Shown: positions 25,621 to 39,500, counted from the first letter of the stretch. The stretch is 64,000 nucleotides of DNA from Eledone cirrhosa (GCA_964016885.1 OZ024741.1:225432001-225496000); one strand, 5' to 3'. A program made the numbers and translations. The notes: generated by a model not told the origin, from the sequence alone.

Positions 25621-26164
25621 TTTCGCCTAATCAATAATCAATCGATCGACAGAATCCAAACATGCCGGCTATGACTGTTTGTGACGGTCGACACAGTAAA
25701 GTGATTAACAACTGGAATCCGATACAATTCCGTCCACCGACCAGCCACCGATTTACAAACTTTACGTGGTGGCGGGATATAGAAAACAAATATTTTCGTG
25801 TCCGTCAAAACCTCTCAGCCAACGTGTCTCATATATATGCGCGCACGCGCGTGCGTCTGTGTGTGTCTGTCTTATTGTAAGTGTGACGGGATCACAATTT
25901 AGTCAGAGAAATATTTTTAGGGAGAGAGAGAAAGAAAAAAAAGAAATAAAAGGTTTTATGTATATTGTATATATATGAATTTTTTGTTTGCTTTTGTAGT
26001 GGTGTGTGTGTGTGTGTGTTTTAGTTTGTTTGTTTGTCACAGGTCTTTTTGTGGTGGGTAATTAAACAGACAGAGTATAGTATTAGTGTTGTCTTTCAAT
26101 CAGAAATTTGGATAGAGGTTATTTTTGGAAAATTTGTGTATGAATAATTTCTTTTTTATTTCGT

Positions 26165-26218
<54 letters not shown>

Positions 26219-26329
26219 TGAGAGAGAGTATATGTATATATATATATATATACACGCGTGTGAGTGCAAATGTATCAACCTGTCTGTATATGTGTATGTG
26301 CTTAGTCAATAGGTCCTTATGAATAATCT

Positions 26330-26830
26330 AATGGCGGTGATTACATATTTAATTTTCGTTTAAATTTGTTAATAAATAGTTTTTCTTTATTTATTCTTTG
26401 TTGTCGTGTGAAAGAATCTGACTTTAAAGTTGGGTAGGGGCATTCCTGCACAATCTGCAATGTGGCTACTTAAGGGATTTTCTTGTGTTTACGTCTCGGA
26501 TTTGTTGGCGCTGGATGGTCATTCTTTTGTGTAATGACACCCCCGTCTGTCCTATATAGTTATGTCAACACCCGTCGGATGTGATTACATAGATCAGGTT
26601 CTCTGAGTTGCAGTGAAATTATCTTTCACTGTAAAAGTTTGGCCATCTTTAAATGTCAATCTTTGTCCTTCAGTTAAGTATAGGCATATGCCACAGTTTG
26701 TTCTTCTGCATTTTGTTACCATGGATTGGAGATTGTTTTGTGTTTATTTGTGTATCGGTGTTTCCCGGGCTGAAGGTGGATACGTCTTGGTTCTATGTTT
26801 TGGATTGTTAAGTTAATTGTTAAGTTGTGA
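26330..26830 (-). mobile_element. Neptune-like PLE GIY-YIG endonuclease fragment (decayed)
   Basis: Manual translation CNSENLIYVITSDGC*HNYIGQTGVSLHKRMTIQRQQIRD, homologous to ORF 44942-45307. Confidence 0.8.
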
Positions 26831-27026
26831 CACAAAAAACAAGATGGTTTAGGACAGAACAAATGAGAGGCACAAAATAAAATCCCAGTCAGTGAGGAGG
26901 TCACAGACTGTGACGAAAGAAGTGCGTGTGTTTTTATTGACAGCATGACCCTCCCAAAATATAACAATATCTGTTTCAACACATGTTTTCACATAATAAA
27001 TCCTACAAAACAAATTCAAAAACGAA

Positions 27027-27066
<40 letters not shown>

Positions 27067-27242
27067 CTGAACAAAAAGGAAAAAACGAACACAGACATAT
27101 ATATATATGTGCGTTCAAATCGTAATGGATCAAAATCGCTAAGGTGAAAAAAATACTAACTACAGACTATAGGGTTTGCTGGACTCAATTTAAAAACAAA
27201 TTAAGAAAAATGAATACAAACCAGTATTGTGGTAACTACCGT

Positions 27243-27323
27243 CACCCAGACGGTCTTTGATATAACCGTTTCGCAATATTATTTGTGAAGAGAAATACCA
27301 CAATCCAGGCTCATCAGTGGGTG
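27243..27323 (-). ncRNA. Type I hammerhead ribozyme with canonical core
   Basis: caccca-CTGATGA-gc-[~35 nt]-gc-GAAACGGT-tatatcaaag-ACCGTC-tgggtg; 6-bp stem I, 5-bp stem III. Confidence 0.85.
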
Positions 27324-27485
27324 TTGAAATTAGTATACTCCTCACTTCTACTCCTAAATCAAATAGAAAACTGGAAAGTGTGTGTATATATAACGCACAT
27401 GTATCATAATATATATATTATGCATGATATTTGTGCTTCTCAGTAGAAAAGCTGAATGGACATTAGTTCAGAGCATTAATAATAC

Positions 27486-27500
27486 AGAGAGAGAGAGAGC

Positions 27501-27577
<77 letters not shown>

Positions 27578-27600
27578 GGGAGGGAGAGAGAGAAAGAGGG

Positions 27601-27631
<31 letters not shown>

Positions 27632-27638
27632 GAGAGAG
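27486..27638. repeat. (GA)n microsatellite
   Basis: Direct inspection. Confidence 0.95.
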
Positions 27639-28519
27639 ACGGGCCATATATCTTATGAGAACACACAGTATTTTGTACACACTAAAAAACAATATTTAGA
27701 AAAATACGCAATTCATGGAGAACCATAACTTAAAATAGATCTAAGCAATGGCTCATTGACCACCAACTATCGATTTTGGTTAAGATTATGGGAGACGCGA
27801 ATCAATCATCAGAAGAGTTACGTCAATGAAATAAAATTGCAATAAAGTATTGTACAAAACACCTGTCTATATCTACCAGGATTCACGAGTTATCCCAACA
27901 GTAAATACAGCGTCGTGTAATAACGTTTACATCCAAAATCTTTATTTGTTGAGCTGCTGACTGCGGCTAATATTTCGCACCTCTTTCTAGCGGTAATGAA
28001 ATCCAGTTTTGTTTGTATCTGCAGTCTCCCCCCCCCCCCCACATCTATCTCTATCTCTCTTTATCTCTGTCTGACTTACAATGATATTATAAAGGGTCCT
28101 AATACCATATTGGCACTCAAATTTGTACGAAAGGTGCATAAAATTATCGATTAGAATATCAGAAAGTCAATTAGCTTCATTGCTAAGGAGTTCAAGGTTT
28201 CAAGGCAGACTATCCGAAGAATTGTACATGAGAACATTCTATAGAAATCATATGTGGTGCGGAGAGACCAACTCATGTCTGCAAAGACAAAAGGCAGCAG
28301 TTTGATTCGCGCAAAGCACTTGTTGGGCAGCCCTGTATATATGGTGGCCTATAAATATAGATTAAGTTGAGAGAAAATTAGGAAATAAATCGATTTCTAA
28401 AAGGAGAATTTGAAACTAACATTTGATGCCACAAACGTATCGTTTATTACCATGGTCATAGCCATCGCGTTTCTTGTGATAACCAAGATCCTCATCAACG
28501 TTGACTTCATAGCCTTTAT

Positions 28520-28915
28520 ATCATCTTCATCATCACCATTGACATCATCATCACTATCATCATCATGTATACCATCACCACCACCACCACCACAATCACT
28601 ACCACCACCAACACCACAGCAACCATCAAAACCACCACGGCAACCAGCACAACGATCGCCGACACCACTACCATCACCCACACCACCACCATTAACACCT
28701 CCACTAACAACAACAGCATCAGCCCGCAACACCACCACCACTACCATCACCATCATCAACATCATTAACGCCTCCACTAACAGTAACAACAGCACCCCAC
28801 CCCCACTACTACCACCACCACCATCACCCCCGCCCTCATCACCACTACTAACACCCCTAATAACAACAGCAACAGCATCACCCCACTACCACAACAATCA
28901 TCACCACCACCATCA
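28520..28915. repeat. Degenerate (CAC/CAT/CAA)n low-complexity tract
   Basis: Direct inspection. Confidence 0.8.
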
Positions 28916-29274
28916 TAAACAAAGTATATTTTCAGCACCACCCATATTACGTAGCTGGAAGTCTTCTGGTAATTTTACTTTCCATATAAGAAAGGTTTAG
29001 GTCGTCCGACATTATGTCTTGTTGATTAGATGTTGGACATATACGAGTAAACTATCTTTCCTTTTTTCCTCCTTAACGATTTCCACAGACCTTAAACCAC
29101 TTAAATCTGTCGTTCCTCAGATAGAACTAAAGATATATGGCATCACTATGTACAGGGAAATTCAACAGGATGTAATTCTTCAGAGAAGCCATATTACCAA
29201 CTGCATCTATCTTCATATTCTAGTTCGAAAATAAAACCAATTCATAATCTTTACGCATGTGTATGTTTGTGATA

Positions 29275-29392
<118 letters not shown>

Positions 29393-29809
29393 ATATATAT
29401 ATCAATCTAGCTGTCGTCTGTTCGACAGCGTAGACGTAATTCACTTCGCGCAGAAGCTTTGTTCCAATTTATTGCGGAAATTTTGTAAATTTAATTTTAA
29501 TTTTGATACTATTGTGTAGCTTGACGCCCCCCGTCTGAACTGTCAGGCGGTGGGTCAGCTCATCTTCGCCCCTCCCAGGGGTGAAAAACCTGTTTTTAAA
29601 AATTCTGTGCATAAAATTTCAATCGTCTGGCAGAAATATTAAACGAAGCTAACGAAAATAGTGGTGGGGGGACAGCGGTAAGAGTTGTAAGCTCGCACGC
29701 TTTAGTCCCCCCTTCCTTCCCAACTAACGTCATAGAGAAGGAAAGAAAAAATAAAATAAAAACAGACGAATGTGCGGAGAAAAATGACGAAAACACAAAT
29801 CTGGAGATT

Positions 29810-31519
29810 GTGTCCAACAACAAACAAAATTTGAAAGAATTGCATGACAATATTAATACCACAAACAAAGAAACAACGAACACAAAAATAACATTTGAAA
29901 ACAACATCATAACAGAAAGCAAAACAGACGACAAAGTCAACACCAATAGTTTTTCATTTGCACAAACAACAAAAAAATCATTAACATATATACCTGAAAA
30001 TATTTCAGATGTGGCACAAAGAATAAAAAACGCCAAACAATACATAACTCAAGGGGAAAATGGAACCTTATCGGTAAAAGATATTGAAAGTCGGACGGTC
30101 GTTTTCCGCACCATCAACAAACATCTCAAAAAAACCTCAACAACCAACCCAAGCAGAAATTAAAGCAATACTTACAGAAGTACGTAATGAAGCCACTTTC
30201 ATAAGAAGAGACAGGCTGTATGGAAGCCTAGCCATTATTATGAAGAACGAATCAGCGGCAAAAAAATATGCTTCGTCGCCGATTCGTTCGACAAATTTTA
30301 CCTTTTATCCATCTTATATGGGTAAAAGAACTCAGCGCATATGGCTGGATGCGATGATGCCAGATGTGGACTACTGCTGGCTCATAGCTGGCTTCATCGA
30401 TCCAGCGAATGACAACGTGATTTCCATTGGGAAAACCACAGGCAATGCGTTCAGTGGAACAGGTATAGAACTTGTAGTACAAATGAAGCCTGAACGCATC
30501 ACCCAAATACCCGACAGAATCCTATTAGAGGGCCACGGGTATATAGACATTAGCGTGGAGGGGAGAAGGCCATCCTATCATATCTGTGCAGGCAGAGGGC
30601 ACCTCAAGGCGGCTTGTCCACAACTCAACAAGAAGAAAACCATGCTACCAACACCAGCTCCACCACCACCACAACAGATAAACAAACAACAAAACTCAGT
30701 CCCACCCAACCCGTCCCTCAGTAAAACTACACCACCACCACAGCACAAACAGACACAACACATTAACCAAAAACAAAACACAGTCCCACCCAACCCCTCA
30801 CTCAATAAAACAACACAACCACCGCAGCCACAACACACAACACAGTCTAACATAGTGACATCCATCTCCCCCATAAAGAAAACCAACACGGAAACATTAC
30901 CAGCAAACATACCTCTTCCCTCCAACACTGAAGATAACCCAATGAATTCGGAGACGGAAACGGAGTCCTTCAGACAGATTAAAAGGAAAAAAAGAAAACA
31001 TGTGCAAAACACACAAGGCCAAACAGCCCTACCCAAATGTCAACACAATCCAACAAAACACAAAACACCCCTCCAGAAACAAACAAAACCAAACCTGCCA
31101 CTCCCCTCTTCGAAACACTCACACCATCCGAAAAAAAGACATTACACTATACTTACATCAACAGAAACAATAATAAATTAAATGAACTCATAAACAATAA
31201 CCCTTCGGTACAAACCGAAGGGGTAAACTTTGTTTCTTCAGAAAACTACCCACATTTAAAATTAATAAAGATCCCAATGAACCTCTACCAAAAACTAAAA
31301 AAGGAGTTTAAGGAGGACGTAGGACCACCCTCTGTCAAACCCATAAACCGCGTCCTCCTAAAAAGCTTTCCCCCTCCCCTTCCCCTCCCCAACACAACTC
31401 CAAACACCCCAACCCCACCACACACTGACGACCCCACACCACCACAAGACACCCCTTCACCCAACACCTCCGACCCCATGGAAGTCGTGCGACCCGAACC
31501 CCGGGAAGCAGAAAGGTAA
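29810..31519 (+). pseudogene. LINE ORF1 (gag-like, zinc knuckle), frameshifted
   Basis: ORF pieces 29810-30163, 30084-31181 (xHICAGRGHLKAACP knuckle), 31037-31519. Confidence 0.8.
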
Positions 31520-31552
31520 GTCTCTACACTCTCCTTTGGCTTTGCCGCCCAC

Positions 31553-34500
31553 ATGGATGTGTTAAGAGTAGGATGTTTGAATGCACGTGGCCTGGGCTCA
31601 ACTTGGAAGCAAGCAAATCTTCTAAATGACCTCAGGTCACGTGGTATAAATGTAATGGTTATCTGTGAGACTCGGATCAGCGTCGTGCGGCAGCTGGCCA
31701 CTACCTTCGATGACTTTGAGGTGCACGCATCTCTCTGTCAACCTGGAGGTGGGGGTGGGGTTGTCGTACTGCTGGAAAAACACCTGGGTCTCGCCGTACA
31801 GGTTGTTCACTCGGACCCGGAGGGTCGTTTGTTGGTGCTAGACGTTGGCAGTAGTGGAGGTGCGGCCTTGAGACTGGTCGCCGTCTACTCCCCTTTCGGA
31901 GCTGAACGACCCGACTTCTTCCAGCGTCTGGAGACTTTTCTGGGAACGTCGCGTTCCCTGCTTCTAGCGGGGGACTGGATTGACATCCTAGATGCACGTT
32001 GGGACTATGCAGGAACATGCCCTAATAGAGGGGGGAGGGGGTAACAACCTCAAGGGGTTACTCGACCGTTTTAACTTGGTCGATAGATATCGACTAGATT
32101 TTTCCAACTGTGCCAACCTGGACTTGGACGAACCACAGTGGTCAATCTAAATCGTACTTAGATAGATTCTTAGTTAGAAGTAAGGATAGGGACATATTAA
32201 GCTGTCCAGAAATGCTCACAGTTGGCTATACAGATCACAAATTAGTGACCTGTGTAGTCAACCTTGAGAGAACACATAGACAGGGTCCCGGTTACTGGAA
32301 ACTTAATTTGTCTTTACCGGCAAAAGAGGCTTACAGAGACCGAATTAGCAGATTAGTTAAGGAGAGGTTGACGGGTGCAATCGTCAACAACCGATGGTGG
32401 GCCTCTCTCAAAAGAGAGATTATAACAGAATCAATAAGTTATAGCAAGATGTTAGCTGCCGATAGGAATAGGAACGAGAAAGAATTAACAGGTAAATTAG
32501 AAGAGGCAATCAAGAGCGAAGATGTGGCCAGAGTGCTGGCATCGAGGACGGCCTTGAGCCAGTTTTTCGATGCAAAGCACGAAGGCTGCGTCATTCGAAG
32601 TAAAATACGAGCTCTAGGTAATGAGGGGGCCAAAGCCGTTGGCTGGGCCCGCGTGACAGAAGCTAAGAGTGGAAATCGATCCACCATCCGGTCTTTGCAA
32701 GACGAGGATGGATGGGTGATCCGGGAGCCTAAGCAGTTGTGCGAGGCCTTTCAAAGGCACTTTGCCCGATTGTTCGGGGGAGGCGGGGGTCCGGGCGGGG
32801 ACGTGGATTTCGGTCCATACTTTGACGGCCCGCCGCGTCTCTCGAGCGAAGAGGCAGAATCCTGCGAGGGACCAATCTCGGCTGATGAGATCGGGGATGC
32901 GCTGAGCCAATGCAGCAAACGCAAATCTCCAGGTCTCGATGGTATACCTTACGAACTTTATTTGGCAATGCCGGTCTTCTCCGAACTCCTCGAAGCAGTC
33001 TACTGCAATTGGCAGCAGAACGGGAGAATTCCTTGTTCTGTAGCCAAGGGCGTAGTCTCGCTGGTGAGGAAGGACGAGAACAAGGGGGATAGTATAAATA
33101 ATTTTCGGCCCATAACCCTGCTAAACACAGAGTTAAAGATTTTGGCCAAGGTGTTAGCAAAGAGGTTGGCGCTTGTCGTGGGTAACCTGGTGGGAGATGC
33201 GCAGGCATGTGCTATCCCATCCAGGTCCATTCACGACAACCTCCACCTCATGCGATACATCATAGAGAGGGTTGGCAACAAACCCGGCTTCGGTGGGGCC
33301 CTGATCAACTTGGATCAGTCTAAGGCGTTCGATAGAGTCGACCATGGTTACCTAGATGCGGTGCTAGCGGCGGCTGGGTTCGGCCCTGTTTTCAGAGGCT
33401 GGATCACTGCCTTACATAGCAACCACATCTGTTCTAGGATCAAGGTGAACGGCTACATTTCGAAGCCGTTCGAAATCATACGATCCATTCGACAGGGGTG
33501 CCCTCTCTCCTCCCTTCTGTACGTATTGACTCTCTAGCCTTTACTGAAGAAGTTGGAGTTGTTGTAGGGTATCCCCCTGGAACCAGGATTGAGCAAAGCG
33601 GTGTCGGCCTACGCCGATGACGTAACAGTAATGGTATCGACCGACTCGGAGATCGAGGCGATCGGTACCTTACTGGAGGAATACGAAAGGTTGTCAGGAG
33701 CGAAACTGAACAGGGAAAAAACCATCGGGCTGCAACTCGGAACGTGGAGAAGCAGACCGATGCCTCCCGACGGTGTCGTCGGACACTGGACGGAGGGCCC
33801 GGTGAAGTTGTTTGGGGTCTGGTTTGGACCGGACCTCCAGGTGGAAAAGAACTGGGGCGAGGTTACGAGCAAGGTGTTTGCACTGACCCAGAAATGGGCC
33901 AAGTGTAAGCTGTCCCTGAAAGGTCGGGCGGAGGTGGCGAACATTTACATAGCGTCCGTCACCTACTACCGCCTGACTGTCGTGCCTTGCCCTAAGGAAA
34001 TACTCACCACCATGGAACGCATGCTCTTTCAATTTCTTTGGAAAAAGCGCCCTCCTATGGTGAGAAGATCCATCTGCTGCCAACAACCTTCGAAAGGAGG
34101 GCTGGGGATGCCGTGGTTGATGATGCGTAGGCACGCATTAAGGCTACGGCACCTACAGGTATTCCTCACTGGTCAACCGGTGTGGGCTCCGTTCGTGAGA
34201 CGAGCCTTTCCGAGACTCGTCTCGCTCACCGAGCTGCAGTCCTGGGTCAAGCAAAGATCCGGAAAACTGGGCGACTGGCACACTGAGTGTGCCTAGGTGC
34301 TCAGTGCTCTCTGGCAAGCGGACCCGGCCATCGGTGGAGAATCCACCTCGTCATTCTATAGAGGGCTGGTGGCTAGCAGGGGCGATGACACCCTTGGAGA
34401 GTCGCTGGACATGGAAGAGGACGAACTGGCCAGCCTGTTCGGTAGGACTTTCGGCCCGGGACCAATGGACAACTTCCAGAAGTCACTGGCCTGGCAGTGC

Positions 34501-34991
34501 TACCGGGAGCTCTGCCCGTTCGAGAAAAGCTCTACAGACACGGGCGCCCGGGCAGGGATCCCTCGAAAAAGATTTGCCCTAGATGCGTGCGTCACGAAGA
34601 AACCGTTGCGCACGCATTGGTGCACTGTCCGGGCGTGGCTGATCTGTGGGGCTACGCCGAACGACTGCTGTCGCGGGTGGCGCCGATTCGATTGACCGCC
34701 GAGTCCCTGATGACAATCAAGCCGCCTCCCCTCTTCACAAAGGAAGCAAAGGCGGTTTTTCTGTGCGTAATAGCCATGTTGAAAGAGGTTGTTTGGTGGA
34801 CACGATTGAAAGGTCTGAGGTCAGGCAACTTCCTCTCTGGCCATAGTCTGGTCTACTTCTTCCGATATCACTTCGGAAGAAGGATAAGAATGGAGAGAGA
34901 GGTGCTTGGCCACAGGCAGTTTTATGAAAGGTGGGTGATAGTGGCGAGAATGACTCGTGTAAATGGGCCTTCTCTGTATACCATCCCGTAG
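31553..34991 (+). pseudogene. LINE ORF2 (APE endonuclease + reverse transcriptase + zinc motif), disrupted
   Basis: LNARGL, AGDW, SYLDRF, TDH (APE); KSPGLDG, FRPITLLN, LDQSKAFDRV, RQGCPLS, AYADD (RT); CPRC..ETVAHALVHC. Confidence 0.95.
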
Positions 34992-35301
34992 GTAAAGAAG
35001 TGAAGCAGAGGGGAGCACCTCTTCCATGTGCTCCCCGGGCAAAGGATTGCACACTTTTTCGGGGGTGTGTGCAAGCCCCATTACGTCCCCTCCCTTTTGA
35101 GGTTGTTTTTGATTATTTTCTTTTTATACCCTTTTTACTCGGTTTTATGTAAACTCCCCCTTTGTATTTGTCCCTTCTTTTTATGCCTTTATGGTAAATA
35201 AAGAAATATATCTATCTATCTATCTATCTATTTATTCATTCATTTATCTATCTAGTACTTTTCCTTTCTCTCTCAGTATATGCACAAACACACACACACA
35301 C

Positions 35302-36030
35302 TCAGACTCAGAAGCTCCCGCGTCTTGCGACGCATGAGGCAATCATAGTGTTCCATTGCGTTCGGTCAGCAGCCAGTTGCACAGCGTCCCGTCATTTGTC
35401 GCTCGCAGGTCCCGCTCAACTGTCTGGCGCCAGTTCATTTTGGGTCGCCCTCTCCGTCTGCTTCCCTGCGGGCTCCATTTAAGTACTTGGTTCGCCAGTC
35501 TCTCCGGGGGATGTCTCAAAGCGTGTCCAAACCAGCCCAGGCGTCGCTTGCAGATGGTAGAAGAGACTAGCTGCTGGTTGGTGCGGTTCCTGACTTCCTG
35601 GTTTGTTACATGGTCACTCCATTTAATCCCCAGGATCTTTCGCAGACACCTGGAATCGAATGCGTCCAACTTCTTCTCTTGATATTGTGAACAATATCAA
35701 TGTCGAAGCAGAAAGCTTAGGTCTCAATATCAGTGCCAAGAAGACCAAAAGCATGTTATCTGGGACACACTCACCACCAACCAGTGTCTTCATTGAACAG
35801 GGGGAGGTGGAGATAGTGGACAACTTCACCTACCTAGGAAGCTCCATTAACAATGAGGGCACCATGGACAGTGAACTGCAATGTAGAATGGGAAAGACTT
35901 CAGCAGCATTTAACCAGCTTGACAAGATCTGGAAGAGCAGGAAGTTCACCCTCAAAACAAAGATGAGATTCTACAACAGCAACGTGCTGTCCACACTCTT
36001 GTACGGAAGTGAAACATGGCACCTTAAGAC
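35302..36030 (-). mobile_element. RTE-like LINE 3' fragment with inverted 5' segment
   Basis: Minus 35343-35675: DAFDSRCLRKILGIKW...RRLGWFGH...RRRGRPK; plus 35676-36030: GLNISAKKTK...FTYLGS...LLYGSETW. Confidence 0.9.
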
Positions 36031-36075
36031 ACACACACACATATATATAAGTATATATTTATATATGTATGCACA

Positions 36076-36147
<72 letters not shown>

Positions 36148-36447
36148 CGTACCCATAGAGGTAATAACAGCACTGTACATACACACAGACGCATACACAC
36201 ACATACATATATGCATACAGATATCGATATTTCTACATCTATGTATACATCTGTGCAGACTGTGTGTGTGTGTGTGCGCGTTCGTTCACCAAATTATCTT
36301 ATCCAGTACTGGAAGCAAAACATTAAGTCTACAACTGCTGTGCTAGAAATAGTGCATTATGTTGATAATTTGCGAATATATATAAAGGATCTTTCATTTC
36401 AGTGAAAGCACGCAATAAAAAAATGATGCTGAAATATTATTATTATT

Positions 36448-37753
36448 CGCCGAGGTTGACTTTGCCTTTCATCCTTACGGGGTCGATAAAATAAAGTACC
36501 AGTAATGCACTGGGTAATTGCTGGCCTTGTGCCTAAAGTAGAAACAATTATTATCATTATTATAAAGGGGCGTGGATTGGCAGTATCAGTAGAGGGTCGG
36601 ACGCCATGCTTTCCAGCATAGTTACGTCCCTTTACGATCTGAGTTCAAATCCCGCGGAGGTTGACTTTGCCTTTCATCCTTACGGGGTCGATAAAATAAA
36701 GTACCAGTAATACACTGGGTAATTGCTGGCCTTGTGCCTAAAGTAGAAACAATTATTATAAAGGGCCGTGGATTGGCAGTATCAGTAGAGGGTCGGACGC
36801 CATGCTTTCCAGCATAGAGTTACGGTCCTTTACGATCTGAGTTCAAATCCCGCCGAGGTTGACTTTGCCTTTCATCCTTACGGGGTCGATAAAATAAAGT
36901 ACCAGTAATGCACTGGGTAATTGCTGGCCTTGTGCCTAAAGTAGAAACAATTATTATCATTATTATAAAAGGGCGTGGATTGGCAGTATCAGTAGAGGGT
37001 CGGATGCCATGCTTTCCAGCATAGTTACGTCCCTTTACGATCTGAGTTCAAATCCCGCGGAGGTTGACTTTGCCTTTCATCCTTACGGGGTCGATAAAAT
37101 AAAGTACCAGTAATACACTGGGTAATTGCTGGCCTTGTGCCTAAAGTAGAAACAATTATTATAAAGGGCCGTGGATTGGCAGTATCAGTAGAGGGTCGGA
37201 CGCCATGCTTTCCAGCATAGAGTTACGGTCCTTTACGATCTGAGTTCAAATCCCGCCGAGGTTGACTTTGCCTTTCATCCTTACGGGGTCGATAAAATAA
37301 AGTACCAGTAATGCACTGGGTAATTGCTGGCCTTGTGCCTAAAGTAGAAACAATTATTATCATTATTATAAAAGGGCGTGGATTGGCAGTATCAGTAGAG
37401 GGTCGGATGCCATGCTTTCCAGCATAGTTACGTCCCTTTACGATCTGAGTTCAATTCCCGCCGAGGTTGACTTTGCCTTTCATCCTTACGGGGTCGATAA
37501 AATAAAGTACCAGTAATACACTGGTTGATTGCTGGCCTTGTGCCTAAAGTAGAAACAATTATTATAAAGGGCCGTGGATTGGCAGTATCAGTAGAGGGTC
37601 GGACGCCATGCTTTCCAGCATAGTTACGTCCCTTTACGATCTGAGTTCAATTCCCGCCGAGGTTGACTTTGCCTTTCATCCTTACGGGGTCGATAAAATA
37701 AAGTACCAGTAATACACTGGTTGATTGCTGGCCTTGTGCCTAAAGTAGAAACA
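36448..37753 (+). repeat. Head-to-tail tandem array of SINE family A (6 full + 1 partial copies)
   Basis: Units start at ~36567, 36763, 36971, 37166, 37373, 37569, joined by ATT-rich linkers. Confidence 0.95.
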
Positions 37754-37889
37754 ATTATTATTATTATTATGGTTCAGTCTTTCAAGACATGGATCACATC
37801 GCTCCTGTAAGTTTGTTCTATTTTCCCTGATATTCAACCTTTTGCATTGAAATGTTGATATTTATTTGAAGCTAAGCAAACCTATATCC

Positions 37890-39500
37890 TTGTGAGCTGG
37901 TTCGTGTAGTTCCACTTGAAGCCCTTAGGGGCCAAATCTGTGTTTGTTTTTGAAACACGGCCCTCAATTTTCTGTGAAAATTATGATGGCGGACAAAAAT
38001 GTTGCGTCCGCTAAACGGAATGGCGGGTTATTCATAGAGTGGAACAGCCAAAATTCTGAAAACAATAGCAGCAGCAACAGCGACCAAAATTTATCTGGAA
38101 AGCAGACTTTCCAGCTCTGTCAATGTTTACCACGGTGAATCCCACCACTACAACGGTAAGCGTGACCAACACAACAGATACCTTCCCCACCATTCCCACT
38201 ACTGAAACAACGGAAACGAAAAACAAAATTAAAATGAATACATAAATCATAACATAAATCATAACATGAACAACAATAACAACAAACCACCATCAGCACC
38301 GGATGCCAATAGACAAAACAATTAGGGAGAGCTTCCCCAACAACATGAGAACACCCAATGTAAAAGCCTCAAATAGGTTTTTAAAGAGGTTCCCAAAGGA
38401 ACTCCAGCAACGAGTAATGGACGTCGAACCACTTTGAAATATCTACCCATCCCTTAGTCGGCCTGGAATGGGAGACGGGGTGGCAGTGCTGTTTAGGAAA
38501 GACCTGAGTCTCAGGTACGGACGATCTTCCTGGACGCGGACGGTAAGCTCGTGGTCCTAGATGTGAACAATAGTTAAGGTAGTACTTTTAGATTAGTGGC
38601 TGTCTGGGGAGGACGGCCAGATTTCTTTAGGCGTCTGGAGGCCTGTCTAGGAACGCTTCGCCCTTTGGCGTTAGTGGGGGACTGGAACGGCATCTTGGAC
38701 ACACGCTGGAACTGTGTGGGAATAGCCGATAGAAGAGCGGGTGCAAAAGCCTCAAAAACCTGCTCAGCCACTTTCAACTCTCTGACAGGTACCAACTAGA
38801 TTTCCCTAATGCACCAGTGTGGACCTGGACAAAAAGCTTAAGGACATCTAGATCGTACTTAGGTTAGTGGATAACGATGGTATGTCCACAATTGCATACT
38901 GTGGCCTATTCAAACCACAAGTTTGTGATCTGCATGGTCGACCTAGATAGAACATATAGACAGGGACCCGGTTACTGGAAGCTTAACGCGTCGTTCCCAG
39001 TGATCTGAATAATAAATTAGTTAAGCGGCAGTTTAGGGGAGCCATCGTCAATAACAGGTGGTGGGGCGTTATCAAGAGAGCGATTAGAGTAGAATCCATA
39101 GTATTCAGTAAAGAAGTAGCGATAGGAAAAAATAAAACGGAGGGGGAGTTAGTAACTAAATTAGCGATTAAGAGTGGCATTGCATTTTGAAACACGAAGG
39201 TTACATTGTCATAGCTAAGGTGCGTGCTCTAAGAAACGAGGGAACTAAAGCTATTCGATGGGCCCGCGTGGTGGAGGCGCAACGTGGTACCAAAACCTCA
39301 ATTCGGTCTTTGACGGAGCGAGACGGACGCACGCTAAACGATTCCAGGCAGATGTGTAAGGCCCTTCACCAGCAATTTGCTCGGGTGGCCACTCTCACCA
39401 AGAAATGGGCCAAGAGGTAGTTATCCATGAGAGGTCGGGCTGAGGTGCCGAAAGTGTACATCGGATCCGCCATCTATTAACCCCTGATCTTCGTGCAGCT
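37890..39500 (+). mobile_element. Decayed, internally deleted L1/Tx1-like LINE
   Basis: RPDFFRRLEACLGT..VGDWNGILD, GPGYWKLN, HEGYIVIAKVRALRNEG; joins the pre-RT region directly to post-RT LTKKWAKR. Confidence 0.85.

Larger units (their letters stand above)
29405..35206 (+). mobile_element. Near full-length L1/Tx1-like LINE inserted in (TATC)n
   Basis: ORF1 plus ORF2 (APE, RT, C-terminal Cys/His motif); AATAAA at 35197; (TATC)n on both flanks. Confidence 0.92.

Noticed and set aside
26565-26570. In-frame TGA in the GIY-YIG fragment as selenocysteine
   Set aside because: It aligns to a non-Cys position in the 44942 homolog, and the fragment has other disablements
28410-29000. Pro/Thr-rich 196-aa ORF
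   Set aside because: Derived from a CAC/CAT low-complexity tract with a non-ATG start
36448-37753. CRISPR array
   Set aside because: Units are ~185-bp SINEs with non-unique ATT linkers; eukaryotic context; no cas genes
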